In this document: positions 25,555-39,165 of the stretch, piece after piece
How the letters are laid out: the number at the start of each line of letters is the position of its first letter
Position numbering within the stretch: the first letter of the stretch is position 1
Assembly (NCBI GenBank): GCA_964234715.1
Contig: OZ174286.1
DNA from: Podarcis melisellensis
Taxonomy: Eukaryota
Length of the DNA stretch: 64,000 nt
Direction: 5' to 3' (one strand)
The notes under the pieces: model-generated
What the model was told of the DNA's origin: nothing
What the model saw: the letters and a program-made list of their open reading frames with translations, nothing else
Databases searched by the model: none
Translations under genes and position numbers: made by a program

Positions 25555-27827
25555 CCATCCAGCCAAGTAAGAGGCAAAACAACTCAAGGAGGACATGGAG
25601 CAGGGTGCGTAACCAGCTGACATCTTGCAATAGTATAAAAATGTATGGGAAATAACACTGTTGACAAACTTACACACTTTCAACAAGTTATTAAGAGATG
25701 TGGATGACACCAATTTACTGAAAATTGGAGTCTATATCAATTACTAGAATGTAAAATTCTAAGACAAGGACCTTTATTATATATTAATGAACACTCTACA
25801 CTGACTGACATAGGCATCTCACACAAGGCAGAGATCCCTAGATTCATTTGTTTTGCTGGTGTGTTTGGTACAGAAGATTATGTTCTCTCTGTGTTTTCCT
25901 CACTCCTGACCATATTCCTACACACACCCCCCCCAAATAACTACTGTCAATGACATTTAAGAAAAGCTGAAAATGCCAACTTCCACCCAATACCATTACC
26001 AGACCTTCCCCCAAGCACATAAATTGAGTCTTACGCTGCAAGCCTCTATATGCTTACTCAGAAGTAAGTCCCACTGTGTTCAATTGGACTCACTCTATGG
26101 TATGTGCCTAGGATTACAGCTGATCATTCTCAGTTTCCCATTTTAAGAGGCTTACTCTGAAATGAAAAGTTACTGCAGCTTCCAAAAGAAAAAAATGTAA
26201 TACATTTAGGAATCCAGCAGTTCAGATTATCTCCTTCAATCAAGTAGTTCTGCCAACATATTTCACAACAACCATTTCTTGATTTTAAACAAATGCCACG
26301 TAAAATGTCTTCCACACTATCATCTCCATCACTAATCTGGTGGGAAAAGGGAACTATTCTGTGGTTTGCCTCAGGTGCCGAAATGTCTTGGGCTGGTCCT
26401 GCTGATTGGTAAACCCACTCTGGGAACTGTAGCTCAGTGAGGGGAATAAGGGTCTTCTAACCCTGAAAAACTACAGGTCCCAGGATTCTTTGGGGGAAGC
26501 CATGACAGTTAAAGTAGTATAACAGTGCTTGAAATATATAGTGCAGATATGGCTTTGGTTGGCTATGGGTGCCAGCTCCCAGAGTCCATCTGAGTAGCTG
26601 GATTGGTTCCAAGATTCAATTAAACTGGTGGTTCCTATTTTCCAGTTGTAACAGCACTACTACAGTGGAAAGAGAAGCCACTCTGCTAACACCAGCATAA
26701 ACAGCTCCAGATGACTATAACTAAAGTCTTTACCTGTAGCAAATTTAATCTCAAAAGGACTGCAGTATCTTAAGTGAAATTGTTACCGCTTTCTTAAATA
26801 CTTAATAATATAGTGGCATGGAAGCCTAGATAGCGTTTTGCTAACCTGTAACAGGCAGTGGATTTTCAGAGAATAAAACTTCCATATTAATGTGCAGTCT
26901 ACAAAAGACGACAGCAATTCTGCATATGCGGTCTAGCCCCGGCACTGATCCAATCATCCACTCCACATTTTATGTTTAAATAGTGAAATTACTCATTTAG
27001 TAGCAGCATATGCCTGACTTTAATAAATATCGTTGGCATCCGAGATCTCTCAAAAGCACAGCAAAACTTAATAAAGTTATCATTAAGTAATATTCTCCCT
27101 GTTAGCAATAACTGTTATCAGAGGCAATAATCAGAAGGGGGCGAAAACTACCACAAAGAAGTATCTTCTATTTTAATAGCTAAATTCAGTACGCTAGCCA
27201 TAAGCCAATAAGTAGTAGCATACAACTCTTTTCAGCAAGTAGAACCAGCTCATGCCCATCCACCTTCCCAGATCAGAATCCAGAGTTCAGCCCAGCAGAG
27301 AATCACTGTCTTATCCCATCAAATCTCATTCATCACTCTGAGAATAGCATGGGAAAGTATCTCAAGGAGCCTTAGAGCCAAGATATGGACAATAAAATGT
27401 ACATTCAAGTTCAGATTTTTTAGAAGATTTAAATAGAGTGCATTTTTAAAATGGCAACTAATTGGCCCCTATTGATAGAGGGAGAAAAATTAAGCCACTT
27501 CAGCAACAGAGAGAAAGCTGAAATTAGGTACAACACATGCAGCTTACCAGAAAAGTTTAAAAACAGAACACATACATGCCTCTCACTCAAGACACACAAC
27601 AAGATATCAACTTAACAGTGATCAGCTCTAGCAGACAGCAATAATGACAAAAACAAACCCCTATGTTGAAATACAGAATAATCTGCCCAAATACAACCGC
27701 AACACGTGGCTAATGAATACAGTAAATGTGTTATTATTAGTATTAGAATGTCATCCAAAATTTACGATTCATCAACTTCAAAAAAAAAATTATATATCAG
27801 TCCATATCAGTCCATAACCAAGAAGTA

Positions 27828-28069
27828 CAGTGGTACCTTGGGTTACATACACTTCAGGTTACAGAAGCTTCAGGTTACAGACTCCGCTAACCCAGAAATA
27901 GTACCTCGGGTTAAGAACTTTGCTTCAGGATGAGAACAGAAATCGTGCTCTGGTGGCATGGCAGCAGTAGGAGGCCCCATTAGCTAAAGTGATGCTTCAG
28001 GTTAAGAACAGTTTCAGGTTAAGAACGGACCTCCGGAACAAATTAAGTACTTAACCTGAGGTACCACTG
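27828..28069. mobile_element. Tc1/mariner (Tigger/pogo-like) MITE, copy 1
   Basis: TIRs cagtggtacctYRggtta / taacctgaggtaccactg with TA TSD; near-identical copies at 49896 and 59802. Confidence 0.9.
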
Positions 28070-28214
28070 TAGTCAATGAAATGAATTGCTGGCGGGGAAC
28101 ACCACGACGCCTTTCAACAGCTATCAGACAGCAAAACAAGGCAGCCTTGTCACATATCCAATACAATGCAGAGGTATTGTTCCAAGATGCTGGTATCACC
28201 CTTAAATGCCCAGA

Positions 28215-28714
28215 TGTCATGAACTGTCTGGATACAGAGGCATGGTGGGAGGCACCAACTGGGGACTCCTCCAGGGAACCCCCAGGGGAAGAAGGCTGGT
28301 GGTGGGACGATGATTAAGTGGTTAGAGGGAAAAGATGGGCAGACTGTAAGGAGGAGGTGTAGGAAGCTGGGGAGGCAACAGAGTTCAGTGAGCCGGAAGA
28401 AGCTGGGGCAGACAGAATCCAGAATCAGAGGCAGGAGAGGAGGGGAAGCAGGAAACAGAGATGAGGAAGGCTGCTGAAGAATCCAGGGAGTCTCCCCCTA
28501 CTGCTGCAACCAGCTTCCCTCCCTCCCAGAAATGAAAAGGATGAAGCAAAGAGAGACAAGATGGTGGAGCCTTAGGCTGCTGGGGAAGGAACAGGGGGAG
28601 AAGCCTTAGAGAGAGGTAGGAAGACAGGGAACTTCTGTCCTTGCAATAATAATCAATAGGATTGCTTCTTCATGCACCTCACACACCGTTTATGGATTAG
28701 GATTTGCTGTGACA
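28215..28714 (+). mobile_element. probable solo LTR
   Basis: About 500-bp purine-rich block with TGTCA..TGACA termini; no clean TSD seen. Confidence 0.55.
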
Positions 28715-29599
28715 GCCACAAATGTATTTGTGCTTGCTGACTACAAGCTGCACATTAGTTTTGTATGTATGTCAATCAAAAGCACTTAACTACAAAGCCA
28801 AGAGAGGTTACAATTTGCATTCCAAAAATAAAAAAGGCAGAAGGTAAAACACACACACACAAATTAAATACCTGCACCCCTAAAATGTTCTTTCTAATGG
28901 CATAAGTCACTATTTTGGTATGTTTGTTCCTACATCTAATTAATGGGAATAAAAGGAAATCTGGGTTGAGACATAATACTCCCGCTAAAACAACTTGCAA
29001 TCAATTAACACTGTCAGCAGTTAAACTCAATTTTCTCCCCTGCATGTGGAGGTGAATACACAGAACAGATTGATAATTCCCATTGAGAGTGTGGCTAAGT
29101 GTTTCTAAGCAACCTTGCTCCATCATCTTCTGTGACAAAAACAAGGGAACGAGTTTGAACTGCAGTCTGATGGAGCTATGAATACTAATGAAAAACCAAA
29201 AGGAGAATTCTACAGAACTGACTTCTGAACCAAAACACACTATTGACTACATTTTCTTTAAGCTAAGTAAACATAAGCAAATTGTGTCATTTTAACTTCA
29301 CAGCTCCAAATATTATTTACTACATCTGTGGGCAGATCTCATATTTCAATTCCCACCTGTGATCTAAAATTGCATGTATCTGAATTTTCTCCAGATCCTC
29401 CTTCTCAGTAGCTGTCCTGAGCGATTCTCCCCAAACAGCTTTTTTAACTTTCCTGAAGGTTGCTTACAATGAAATTCTACCCAGAGTAAACCCATTAGAA
29501 TTAATAGACCACAGTTAGCTATGCTTGTTAATTTCAATGTGTCTACTCTGAGTATTACTAAAATTGTTTACAACTCTGAGTCCATAAAGCACTGGACTC

Positions 29600-29840
29600 A
29601 TAGAGCACAGATGTAGTGTAACAGCTAAGATATTGTACCACAGATCAAGGAGTCCCTAGTTGAAAACTCACCTCAGCCGTACAATTACTAGATGACCTTA
29701 GGCAAGCCACTCTCTTTCAGCCTCAGCCCCCATTTGCAGCATGGAGGATAATACCACTGACCTACCTTACAGAGTACCTGTAATGATTACAACTAGATAA
29801 TGCATGTGAAGAGCTCTGAAAGCAATATAGTATATTAAGT
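29600..29840 (+). mobile_element. MIR/CORE-type SINE
   Basis: gaccttaggcaagccactctctttcagcctcag..catttgcagcatggaggataata..cctaccttacag..gataatgcatgtgaa. Confidence 0.7.
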
Positions 29841-32348
29841 ATTTTTCACAAAGTGATTCCAGAAATTGGGTGCAAAAAGTGATTAAATAAAAATGCTGTC
29901 GGCTGAGTAAAACGGACTATTTCCTCATCTCTACCCCACCCTACATTGCTCTGTTCTTCCCCCTTTACAAAAAGCAAGCCTGGAAATTATTTTGCCTGAT
30001 GGATGGAGTATAAATTCATAAAATATTTTATTTTAAACAAATAAATCTTGCGAACTCCCAACCACTTCTTAAATTTATGGGGGGGGGATTAATAAGTTTG
30101 AAGATTCTGAAGGACTCATGCTTATTTTACTTATTGACGTGAGTCCTTGTCATCCAAATTACCACCATACCTCCTAGCTGGACAATGATCACGTGAAAAC
30201 AATTGCCAACACATGTGAGTCCTGTGTTACTTACTGTGGCAGTGTGGGGTCATCTCACCACATAGATGCAGTTTTTGGTAAGTGTGTATGAGAATTTAAA
30301 AACATATCAGCTGGTATCATAATACTGGACTAGAAATATGTGAAATCATTACAGCATGACAAAAGATAATAAATGTATTTATGGAAATTTCTGAAGACAG
30401 TTCCATAGGAGTCCACGATTATCTCTCCCAGGGAACTAACATTATATGCAACTGAGGATGCATTCACAAATCCAAAGACTAGAAAACAACAACATTCCAC
30501 CCTCTTTTATCTTTGCATAAGCCACTTCATAGGAATCCTGAAAAAGTGCCCCAAAGCAGAGTGATGCCTTAATGCTGTGTGTCACCAGGAAAGGTTTGTT
30601 TTCTGCGGCCAGGAAATGGAAAAGAAGTCCAAAGTAAGCAGAACGCTCAAACATTTGTAGTCCCATATGCCAGGCTCATCAAGCACCTAATGAATTTGTC
30701 TCTGGGGACAGCCTTGATAATCGAGCTATAAATCATTCACCCAACTCAATGTGTTGTTTGCTTCACTGAATGCTCACAGGCAGAAGAGGGATAAAAATAT
30801 CAGCTTTTAAAAGCAATCTTCATTCACACTTAACATAGTGGATGACCAGGAAATGCATATAATTTTTCTCCAAGTACAGGTCTTTAAGTTTATGCACTTC
30901 TTCACATATTCATAATCATCAACCTAGTAGAAAGAAGTATCAGTTTGCAACCAGTTCTGCAAGAGTATCAATTCAAGAAACCTGAAGATAGACTGAGGAG
31001 TCATACAGGTAACCCTGACCATTGACTGTGCTGGCCAGGGCTGATGCAAGCTGAAATCCAACAAATGGAGGGTACCACATTGGCTACTTGCCATTATATA
31101 GATGCCATTTTTAAAATTATTTTCTATTGTGCTTGTGGAAGTGATTGGCTGAGTTGTTGTTGTGACATGGAACATTCACAAATATTCAGTTCTGGGGAAA
31201 ACCACTAAGGAAACAAAGGTATCAGAATGTCATCCGGTGAGAGAATTAAAAGCTATGAGGAGAAATTTTCATGATACAAGCTAAAGAATGGAAAGAGGTT
31301 CCAGGAGATAATTTACCTGTTAAGAATATTTGAGCCCCTCACCCAATGATTCTCACCTAGAGAAGGTAACAGGTAGGGAGCCCAAACAGAAAAGGAAGAG
31401 TGAACTATGCAATGAGAGTCAAAAACTGGTCACCTTTTTATGTGAACCAAGCAATTCTTTGACTACAGGCTTCTAGTTTGTTTTGCTCCTGCACAGACGG
31501 GAAATGCTCATTCAAGCCATTTCCTTTCTGCTCCGATTCTCTACATGTCTCTGAAGCTTCTCCCACAATTACAGTTCTATGAAAAATGATCTCAATGTCA
31601 TTGTGCTCTGTTAAAAGTCCTCTTTCTTTCTGCAGTCACTGTAGATTGAAACTGGGATAAGATGAACCAGTGAAGCTCATGCATATGTTCCAATTAGAAT
31701 CAAATAGCAGCCACCATTTCATCCAAATCTGATTTAGAGCTGCTGTAAAAGAACTGGCAAAAGAGTGCTTATTGCTAGCAAAATGAGTGTGAGACTTAAC
31801 AAATGAAAACTGATTCTCCCCTCTTGGAGATCAAATTTTGTGCTTTGCTTAATTCCCTAATAATTAACTGAACATTGCTGCTAAAGACTTTGAGTTCTTA
31901 AAAAAAGTTTCCATAATTTAAGATAAAGAGTAAAATTTTTGTGCACTGAACTATTCATGACAGAAGCATTTTGAGATGCTTTGTGAAAAATTCACCAATC
32001 ATCTAAACATCACCACAAAGCCTAGATATACATTTATATATTTCTAAAATCATAAGGAGGCAAAGGCTTTCTGTTATCTTCTATGAAAGCAACTTATCAG
32101 TTCACAAAGATAGATATTGAAGATGGAACCTTTCTGCTGCTCAGGCAGATCACTGTGAGCCAGTTATCAGAATCAGAGATCTTCTGATCAAAACATGATG
32201 GGTCTGGAACTGAAATATATGAGTGCCTTTAATTAGGTCTAAACATATCCATAAATGGAGTCATCAGCTAGCAGAGGAGCATGATTCACCCAAGAACTGA
32301 GAGGCATGGGGAACCCACAATATCTGCAAGCCATTATCTAAAGAAGTA

Positions 32349-32514
32349 CCGTATTTTTCTGTCTATAAGACGCCCCCATGTATAAGATGCCCCCTATTTT
32401 GGGGAAATCATATTTGAGAAAATGAGGGGAGATGGCCCAGAGTATAAGACGCCCCCTAATTTTTGACATTATTTTTTAGGGGGAAAACCTAGTCTTATAC
32501 ACTGAAAAATACAA
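32349..32514. mobile_element. Tc1/mariner (Tc2/pogo-like) MITE
   Basis: TA|ccgtatttttctgtctataagac ... gtcttatacactgaaaaatacaa|TA; internal tataagacgcccc repeats. Confidence 0.8.
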
Positions 32515-32870
32515 TAGCTTTCATTTTTTTTCAGACCTGGGACCTATCTTCCCCTCAAATCTGCATTTGGGAATCTGCTTCTTATTTCACACATAACACA
32601 CCCTATATATGGTGGTAGTGCAATTAGTATGATTCACTTTGGGCCAGGGTGGCCCAGTAGTGGATCCCAGTTGAAGATCAATGCCTTAAAGCATGATCCA
32701 CAGAACATTTGGAACAGTCCTAACTGGGAAAATATCTTCCCTAGAATTCAGCTTCTCTAATATAGATGTGAAGCTAAATTGATACCTTGATGTCTGCTTT
32801 CTGCTACTACCATGTGTCTATATGAGCAAGCACACATATTTGTAAATTGTGTCCTTCCTAAAAGAGGGCA

Positions 32871-33623
32871 TGTGTTGCAGTGAGATCTGGTAGACTGACC
32901 TCTTGGTTGTGGGTGGGTCCATTGGATAGCCACAATACCCGATTGGTAGGTCCATCGATGCTGGGATTCAATCTGGCCAATGGGGTTGCAGTCTAAACGG
33001 ATTGAGGGACTTATATAAACCCATGCACATGACCCAGAGCTTCCTCTTTCAGCTTGCGCATCGGAACACCCACCCACCTCTCACTAATTTTAGGGCCTTT
33101 TGCGATTGACATGGCTATGCTGTTGTGTGTCGTCTATCGTGGGAAAGGGGCACAGCAGGATTTTTCCCACTTGGCTGATTAGCTTGTTGCCATTTGGGTT
33201 TCGCCTGCCATGTAGCAATTTGTCACAACTTGTAAGGTTGCAGATAGGCGCTGGTTCATGTGATAGGGATGGGAGAATGGCCTCGCCATCCCTATGTGAA
33301 GGGTATTCCGTTAAAAGAACTTGGTTTGGCCAATCCCCAAAAAGGGGTTGTGCCTGTGCCTGAGTTCAGGGGAGCATGTGGGGAGTGAATAGAGTCTGCT
33401 CCCAGGCTTTTTACCTACCTCAGGTGTTCACCCTTGGATGACCTATGATGGAGCTCTGGGTCAGAGCTACCTGCAAGGGTGTAGGAAGCTAGTCGAACCA
33501 GAGCCTATGCAACCACTCACTTTTCTGTAATCAATAAAGTTGTGGCCTAAATTCTGCCAAAAACCAAAACTAAAATTTGAGTCGAATGTCTCTTTACTTA
33601 GGAGGGAGGCAAAGCCGATCCCA
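32871..33623 (+). mobile_element. solo LTR of an LTR retrotransposon or ERV
   Basis: GC-rich 750-bp block starting TG; CCAAT boxes, TATA (tatataaa 33012-33019) and AATAAA (33533-33538) in U3-R-U5 order; ends approximate. Confidence 0.65.
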
Positions 33624-34756
33624 CTGTGTATGTAAATTCTAAGTGTGTAGGAAGGAAGATCCCATAAGCTAAAACACAAAACAAATTATACATCTGAATA
33701 ACTATCTTTAAATCACCTCTTTTGTGTATTAATATTTCCTAACTTTAAGTTTCTGTTCCCACTTGGCAGATGGAAGAGACTACCAAGCAGGGGAGAAATA
33801 GCTCAGATATTTCTTAGGGATTCTTTCCCTTATAATTTGCTTGGAGTACTTGGAGTACCTATGGCATGATCCAGCCCCTCAACAGAGTCCATGAGCAGAA
33901 ATGGCTGAGGCTGAACAGATGGTTGTGGCACAGCACTGTGAACTCTTCCATGCCACTTAGCAGAGTACCCAGGAATCTGGGATTTAGTTGACTTGAGCAC
34001 AATGAATTTTTCTCATTGTGCACAAAGTGTCTGGCTAGATGTAGACCACAGGAGTGGGAAGAACAGTAGGTGGACATGATCAGATTACCCTTATAGCTCC
34101 TAATCCACACCAACATACATGAAGCTACAAAGCTCATTATGGTCTCCACTAGACACATAATTCCTATTTATAATATACACTGTTGTGTATCATTTGTAAT
34201 CACCAATTTAGATTATAAAAAACCCTCAAGCAATGAAACCAATAAATCACAGAATAGCTTTGAGCTATAAGAAAACATTAATTCTATTCCCAAAGCTAAA
34301 TTACATTTCACAATTTCTGTCAATGGACATGGATGGAACCTTGAGATGATTAATGCTTTATCAGAGATTGCACACCGACTGGGAAAAAACCTAGCTAGCC
34401 AATTAAGATGTGCTAGTGCTGCTTTTCCTGAGCGGGGGTGGGGGGGTGGGGCTGATAGAGTTGTCACTGGCTCCAGCACTTGGTTGAATCAAACAGTTTG
34501 ACAAAGTTAAGCTCTCATTTGAAACTAATTCCACTAGTCAACTCAACACATGAAGGTTAAGAAAGGGGACTGAAAGCACAGCCTATAGGATTCCATTTCC
34601 GAAATCGGTAGAAGATACATCTCAGGACAAGGAGAAAAAAGGTGGCAGAAATAACAGTGTTATGTTCAGAATTTCAGGGTTTCAGACAGTTAAAATATAG
34701 GTGGTGGTTAGCAGTGGTTAAGCCAATTGTCTTATGAAACTTATAGTAAAAATATA

Positions 34757-34893
34757 GCCGGGGTTAGCCACCATGGAGCCCTCAGATGTTGTTGGACTCC
34801 AAATTCCATTAGCCCTAACCAGCATTGCCAATGGTGAGGAATAATAGGACTTGTAGTCCTTTGCATCTGCAGTTCTTAACATTGGTTACTCCA
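34757..34893. mobile_element. palindromic MITE, family A copy
   Basis: cagatgttgttggactccaaattccattagcc..ttgtagtcc..catctg..ttggttactccag. Confidence 0.6.
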
Positions 34894-35454
34894 GCATACA
34901 GACAATTGATAGATTTAAGAGATAGTGGATATGTTTAAAGAAAACAGATGCAGAAATGCAAGCTTGAACTAGCACAACAGGCAGCAGCTGAAAAGATTTC
35001 TTATCCTCTCTAGCAAAGAATGACCGCTGAGAGTTTGCAAAAGGTAAGACCTATTGACGAAGGCCCATGTAATTGGAGATACATTGAATAATAGACTTCA
35101 TCATTTTTAAACACTATGACTTTAATAGCAAATGAATAGAGTGTTGTTTTTTACAAGAACAGGAAAATTTAAAATGCCACAATTATTGTCTGTTGAATAT
35201 TGAATATTCACGCAGGCTCTGCACAGGTGTCGGTCACATAAAACGTTTGTTAAACAGTTAAATATGGTTCCCTGGCAGGACTCTAAATGCATGCCTGCAG
35301 CAGGGCTGATTCTAGTCCAAGCAAAGAGACAGAGTGGGTGCAATTATGGCATCATTAAACAGCTTAGTTACTTTGACAGCTAAAAGATTTCAGTTTAGTA
35401 ATAAGCACTTAAAAACAGCACAATATATCAGTACCCCCTTGTAGTATAAGAATA

Positions 35455-35765
35455 TGACAGTCTACTGGAACAGGCCAATGGCTCATCTGATCCAGCACCT
35501 TGCAGACACAATAACCAACCAGAAGCCTATGGGAGGCTAGCAAGCAGGACCTGAATGCAACCAAGCTCCCTTCGCTTGTGATTCCCAGCATCTGGCATTC
35601 ATATCCCCTCTGACTGACAGTGGCAGTAGAACTTACCCACTGTGCCTAGTAGCCACACTTATAGCCTTATCTTCAATGAATTTGTCTAATCCTCTTTTAA
35701 AACCATCTGAGTTGGTGGCCATCACTACTTCTTGTGGGTGCAAATTTCAGAGCTTAAGCGTACAC
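35455..35765 (-). mobile_element. CR1-type LINE 3' fragment
   Basis: caggccaatggctcatctgatccagca..aatttgtctaatcctcttttaaaaccatc..gtggccatcacta. Confidence 0.7.
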
Positions 35766-36099
35766 AAATAATTCAGGCATCCCTGTTGCTTTCAGCAAAA
35801 TGACAACAATTATGTTCCCACAACAGAAAACAGCTGCTTGCCATCTTTTCAAATGGGACTGTTAACAGCAACCATATTGTAGGAATATTGCTGAATATAT
35901 ATATCATCACGCATGCACAAACTAGCCACAGAACTTATTTTCAGTACTGTACAAATAAAAAAACTAATACATGCCATCCCGATCCCAGCAACACTCTGTA
36001 GAAATAATGGATGATAAAGCCAGTTTGGAATATTTGCCAAGAGTTCTAATCAGAATAGCCTTATATATTACTTAGCAAATTAGCCAGTGCATGTATTTG

Positions 36100-36700
36100 T
36101 AGGGTGACAAAGGGACAATCATTTGAGGCATATGAATTGTAAAGCTGGTGATGCTCTCATTTCAAAATTTAAATGAAGTGAGTACATTACTGTTTGTATT
36201 GTAGTTTATAATTTTTGTAAAGTGATATGTGCATGCAGGTCATCATCTGTAAAAAATTATTTTCAGTTTATGAAGCAATTCTATATCCTCCCACCACGCT
36301 GATGAAGAATTCTACGAAACAGTCGTCAATATCTGGAATCACTGTTCAGTGTTGGACATCATATTTGCTGAATACACAGAGCTTCACAGCTTGTCTTTCA
36401 TCATACACCTCGCTTCATTTAAAGATTTAAAGATTTTCAGAGACTTTGAGACTAAAGATTTCATTTTGTACTTCTTATGGTTTGAAGGAATTCTATAAAG
36501 ATTGTCTATTGTGTATGTGCATGGTCATTGTGTTGCCTAGACATTGCTGACATTCTCTTTGTAACACAGGGATTTGTTCTGTACTAGAATAAGACAGATG
36601 AAAGCTCTTGGTCCCTGAGGAAGACCTACGGACTAAACACTTTGGGACTGCTTCACAAAATAATTTTTTAAAAAGTGGTTGCTACTAGGTTGTTGTTTTT
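36100..36700 (+). mobile_element. decayed Penelope-like pseudo-LTR region with two hammerhead-like cores
   Basis: CTGATGA(36299)..GAAA(36316) and gtcc-CTGAGGA(36615)..ggac in T-rich UTR-like sequence; boundaries uncertain. Confidence 0.4.
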
Positions 36701-36939
36701 GAGCTTACCACTCCCACCCCTTCCTGAACCTACCAGAACACCACTTTATATGAGCATCTAAAACTGCCTCATACCAAATGAGAACATTTATCTTGTCCAG
36801 TTATTTGTCTGCTGTGACCAGCAGCTCTCCAAGGTCTGAGGCATGACTTTCTCCCTCTCTGATCAGCACTCTGTAGAGCAAACAGGAAAAAAACCACCAA
36901 GAATGTAACTTCTTTGTATACCTGCCAACTAAGATTCAG

Positions 36940-37060
36940 GTTCGTGCTTCTGATGAAGTGGGCTTGAGTCCACAAAAGCGTACGCTATGATCAATGGGTT
37001 AGTCTCTTCCAGCAATAACCAAGAGTCTTGTTGAACTTTAAAGACTAACACAGCCAGCTA
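36940..37060 (+). mobile_element. Penelope-like pseudo-LTR end with decayed hammerhead
   Basis: CTGATGA-a-gtgggc-ttga-gtccac-aAAA-gc, then gttagtctc..agactaacacagcc, matching the terminal motif at 3955 and 46297. Confidence 0.6.
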
Positions 37061-38550
37061 TCCAGAAATCGCTTTAACTGGTGGTGCTGGAGATTCAACC
37101 TGTGACCTTTTACATACAGTGCATTCTACTAAACTCTTAATAGTGGATCCAGCTATCCTGGCAAGATGAAGGACTCTAAGTTACCAGCTCTCGATCAGCT
37201 GAAGATAAAGTGAGGAGGGATAAAAAGAGAGAGGTGGGGCATGTTGATGGACTTCAACAGTTCCCTGCACAAACACAATGACCCCGTGATAGCTAGTAAG
37301 ATTGTGTGGCTGAAACACTCTGGGAATCCTAGGCTGTAATCGGAGATTAACCAGCAACTTGTTTAACACAGCCAGATTTGTTACGTGATTGTCTTCTGTG
37401 CTTATTCAATGAGCACAAACCGTCTCATATTATTCAACAGTTAAGTATGCGTAGCACAAAGGTTTTTGAAAAGTGGTACAGAAGTTTTCAGAATGAATTA
37501 TTGGGGGTAGAAGAAAGGGGAAAGATCTTGGTGTGCCTCTCCTGCTCCCACCAGGTGGGCAGAAAATGAATGGTGGTCATGCCAGGGCTTGCAGTGGAAT
37601 GGTTGCAGAAACAAACATGTGAATAGCCTCACAGTTCTTTTATACATAAAAATAGTAACTCAGAGAAGGAACAACCATTTTACTTCCAGGACCACTGAAA
37701 GCCTCACATACAAATAATAATATCTACCTCTGCACTAGGAAAAGCTAAAAATCAGCTGGCAGAAATCTCCATGGTTATATTTTTGATATGATATATATAA
37801 TTCCTTGCTTTTAGAATAATGCTTTTCCATCCACTGGGCTACCAAATCTCTTTTCTTTTTCAGTTGCTCAGCAGGCTTTCACTTCACTTCATTTTTTTGA
37901 AAAAAGAATTTGCACTTTACAAAACAGATGCCCAAAAGCTTACTTATAATACAATACCACCCCCAAGAATGAAATAAACTTTTTATGACCTGAAATTTGA
38001 GCTTTTAACAACAGCTGTGCTTTTCAAAATATATATATGTGGACTTCTTAATCACAAAGCGAAGCAGAGTCTTTTGAAAGGGACTATCTGCCATTAAGTA
38101 CATATTAGTGGTATTATGTTAAAATGATTATATGTTTATTTAATTACAGCCCACTCTACATGGCAGTTCATGTAGCCTGTCTCACAATTAATCATGATTA
38201 GTGAAACCTGCGGCACAAGGCAGAGCAGAGTAAATCAGAACAATTACACAATATAGGAGCTTTACGATTCTGTTTTGTCTCCACCGGAGTTATCAGATCC
38301 CCATCAATTTGGCATCCAGGAAGGAAATTTAGACTGTAAGACAACACTAGACTGGGGAGGGAGATGACCCAACAAATGCAATTTCTGCTGCAGAAAACCA
38401 TTCATGCTGAAAACAGTTTTATATTCCCACATTTTCTACTTGAAGATTGAAAGTGAAAATAAGACGAATCATCAGCACCCCATCATGAATAATACATGCC
38501 CTCACCCCATACAGAAGCCAGTTCCCAGGGTTCCATCGCACTGTAAAACT

Positions 38551-38805
38551 TGGGCACTCTGACCCTGATTGGTCTGGATGCACTTGGAAGCTCTCAACCA
38601 AACAGTAGCCCTATTAGGTCATTATGCCCAGATAGGGAATATTAACATGGATAAGGAAGCACACTACCTGGGCACTCTGACCCTGATTGGTCTGGATGCA
38701 CTTGGAAGCTCTCAACTGTTAGGGTTTAACATAACCAAACAGTAGCCCTATTAGGTCATTATGCCCAGATAGGGACTATTAACATGGATAAGGAAGCACA
38801 CTACC
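38551..38805. repeat. direct tandem duplication (118 + 137 bp)
   Basis: 38551-38668 repeated at 38669-38805 with one substitution and a 19-nt indel. Confidence 0.93.
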
Positions 38806-39165
38806 CAGAAATCCTCCTATTTACTAGTACATTGCTCTTCGGGTCTCTTGTAGTGAGGACAAAAACCTGCTCTCCCATCCGGACATCCACTTCTCACTTG
38901 CAGGGATCACATAGAGGTGCAGCATACATCTGCACACAGACACTCAGAGCACACCAAAACATCCTGTCCTCCCTCATCCCAAGGTCCTTGCACTATACAG
39001 GTCCTTAATCTGCTACCCCCTTCTCCACTGCAATTGGATCATGTCACAATATCATGCATTTTGGTAATGCTAGTGATTTACTGTTTCATTACAATATCTA
39101 TGATCCATGGAATCAATGGGCTAAATCAATGGGGGGAAAGAAATTGGTACTTTTTTTGTTTGAAG

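Noticed and set aside
25348-25713. ORFs with CVCV/ERER or HTHT runs (also at 19261, 51173 and 51625)
   Set aside because: Translations of dinucleotide microsatellites
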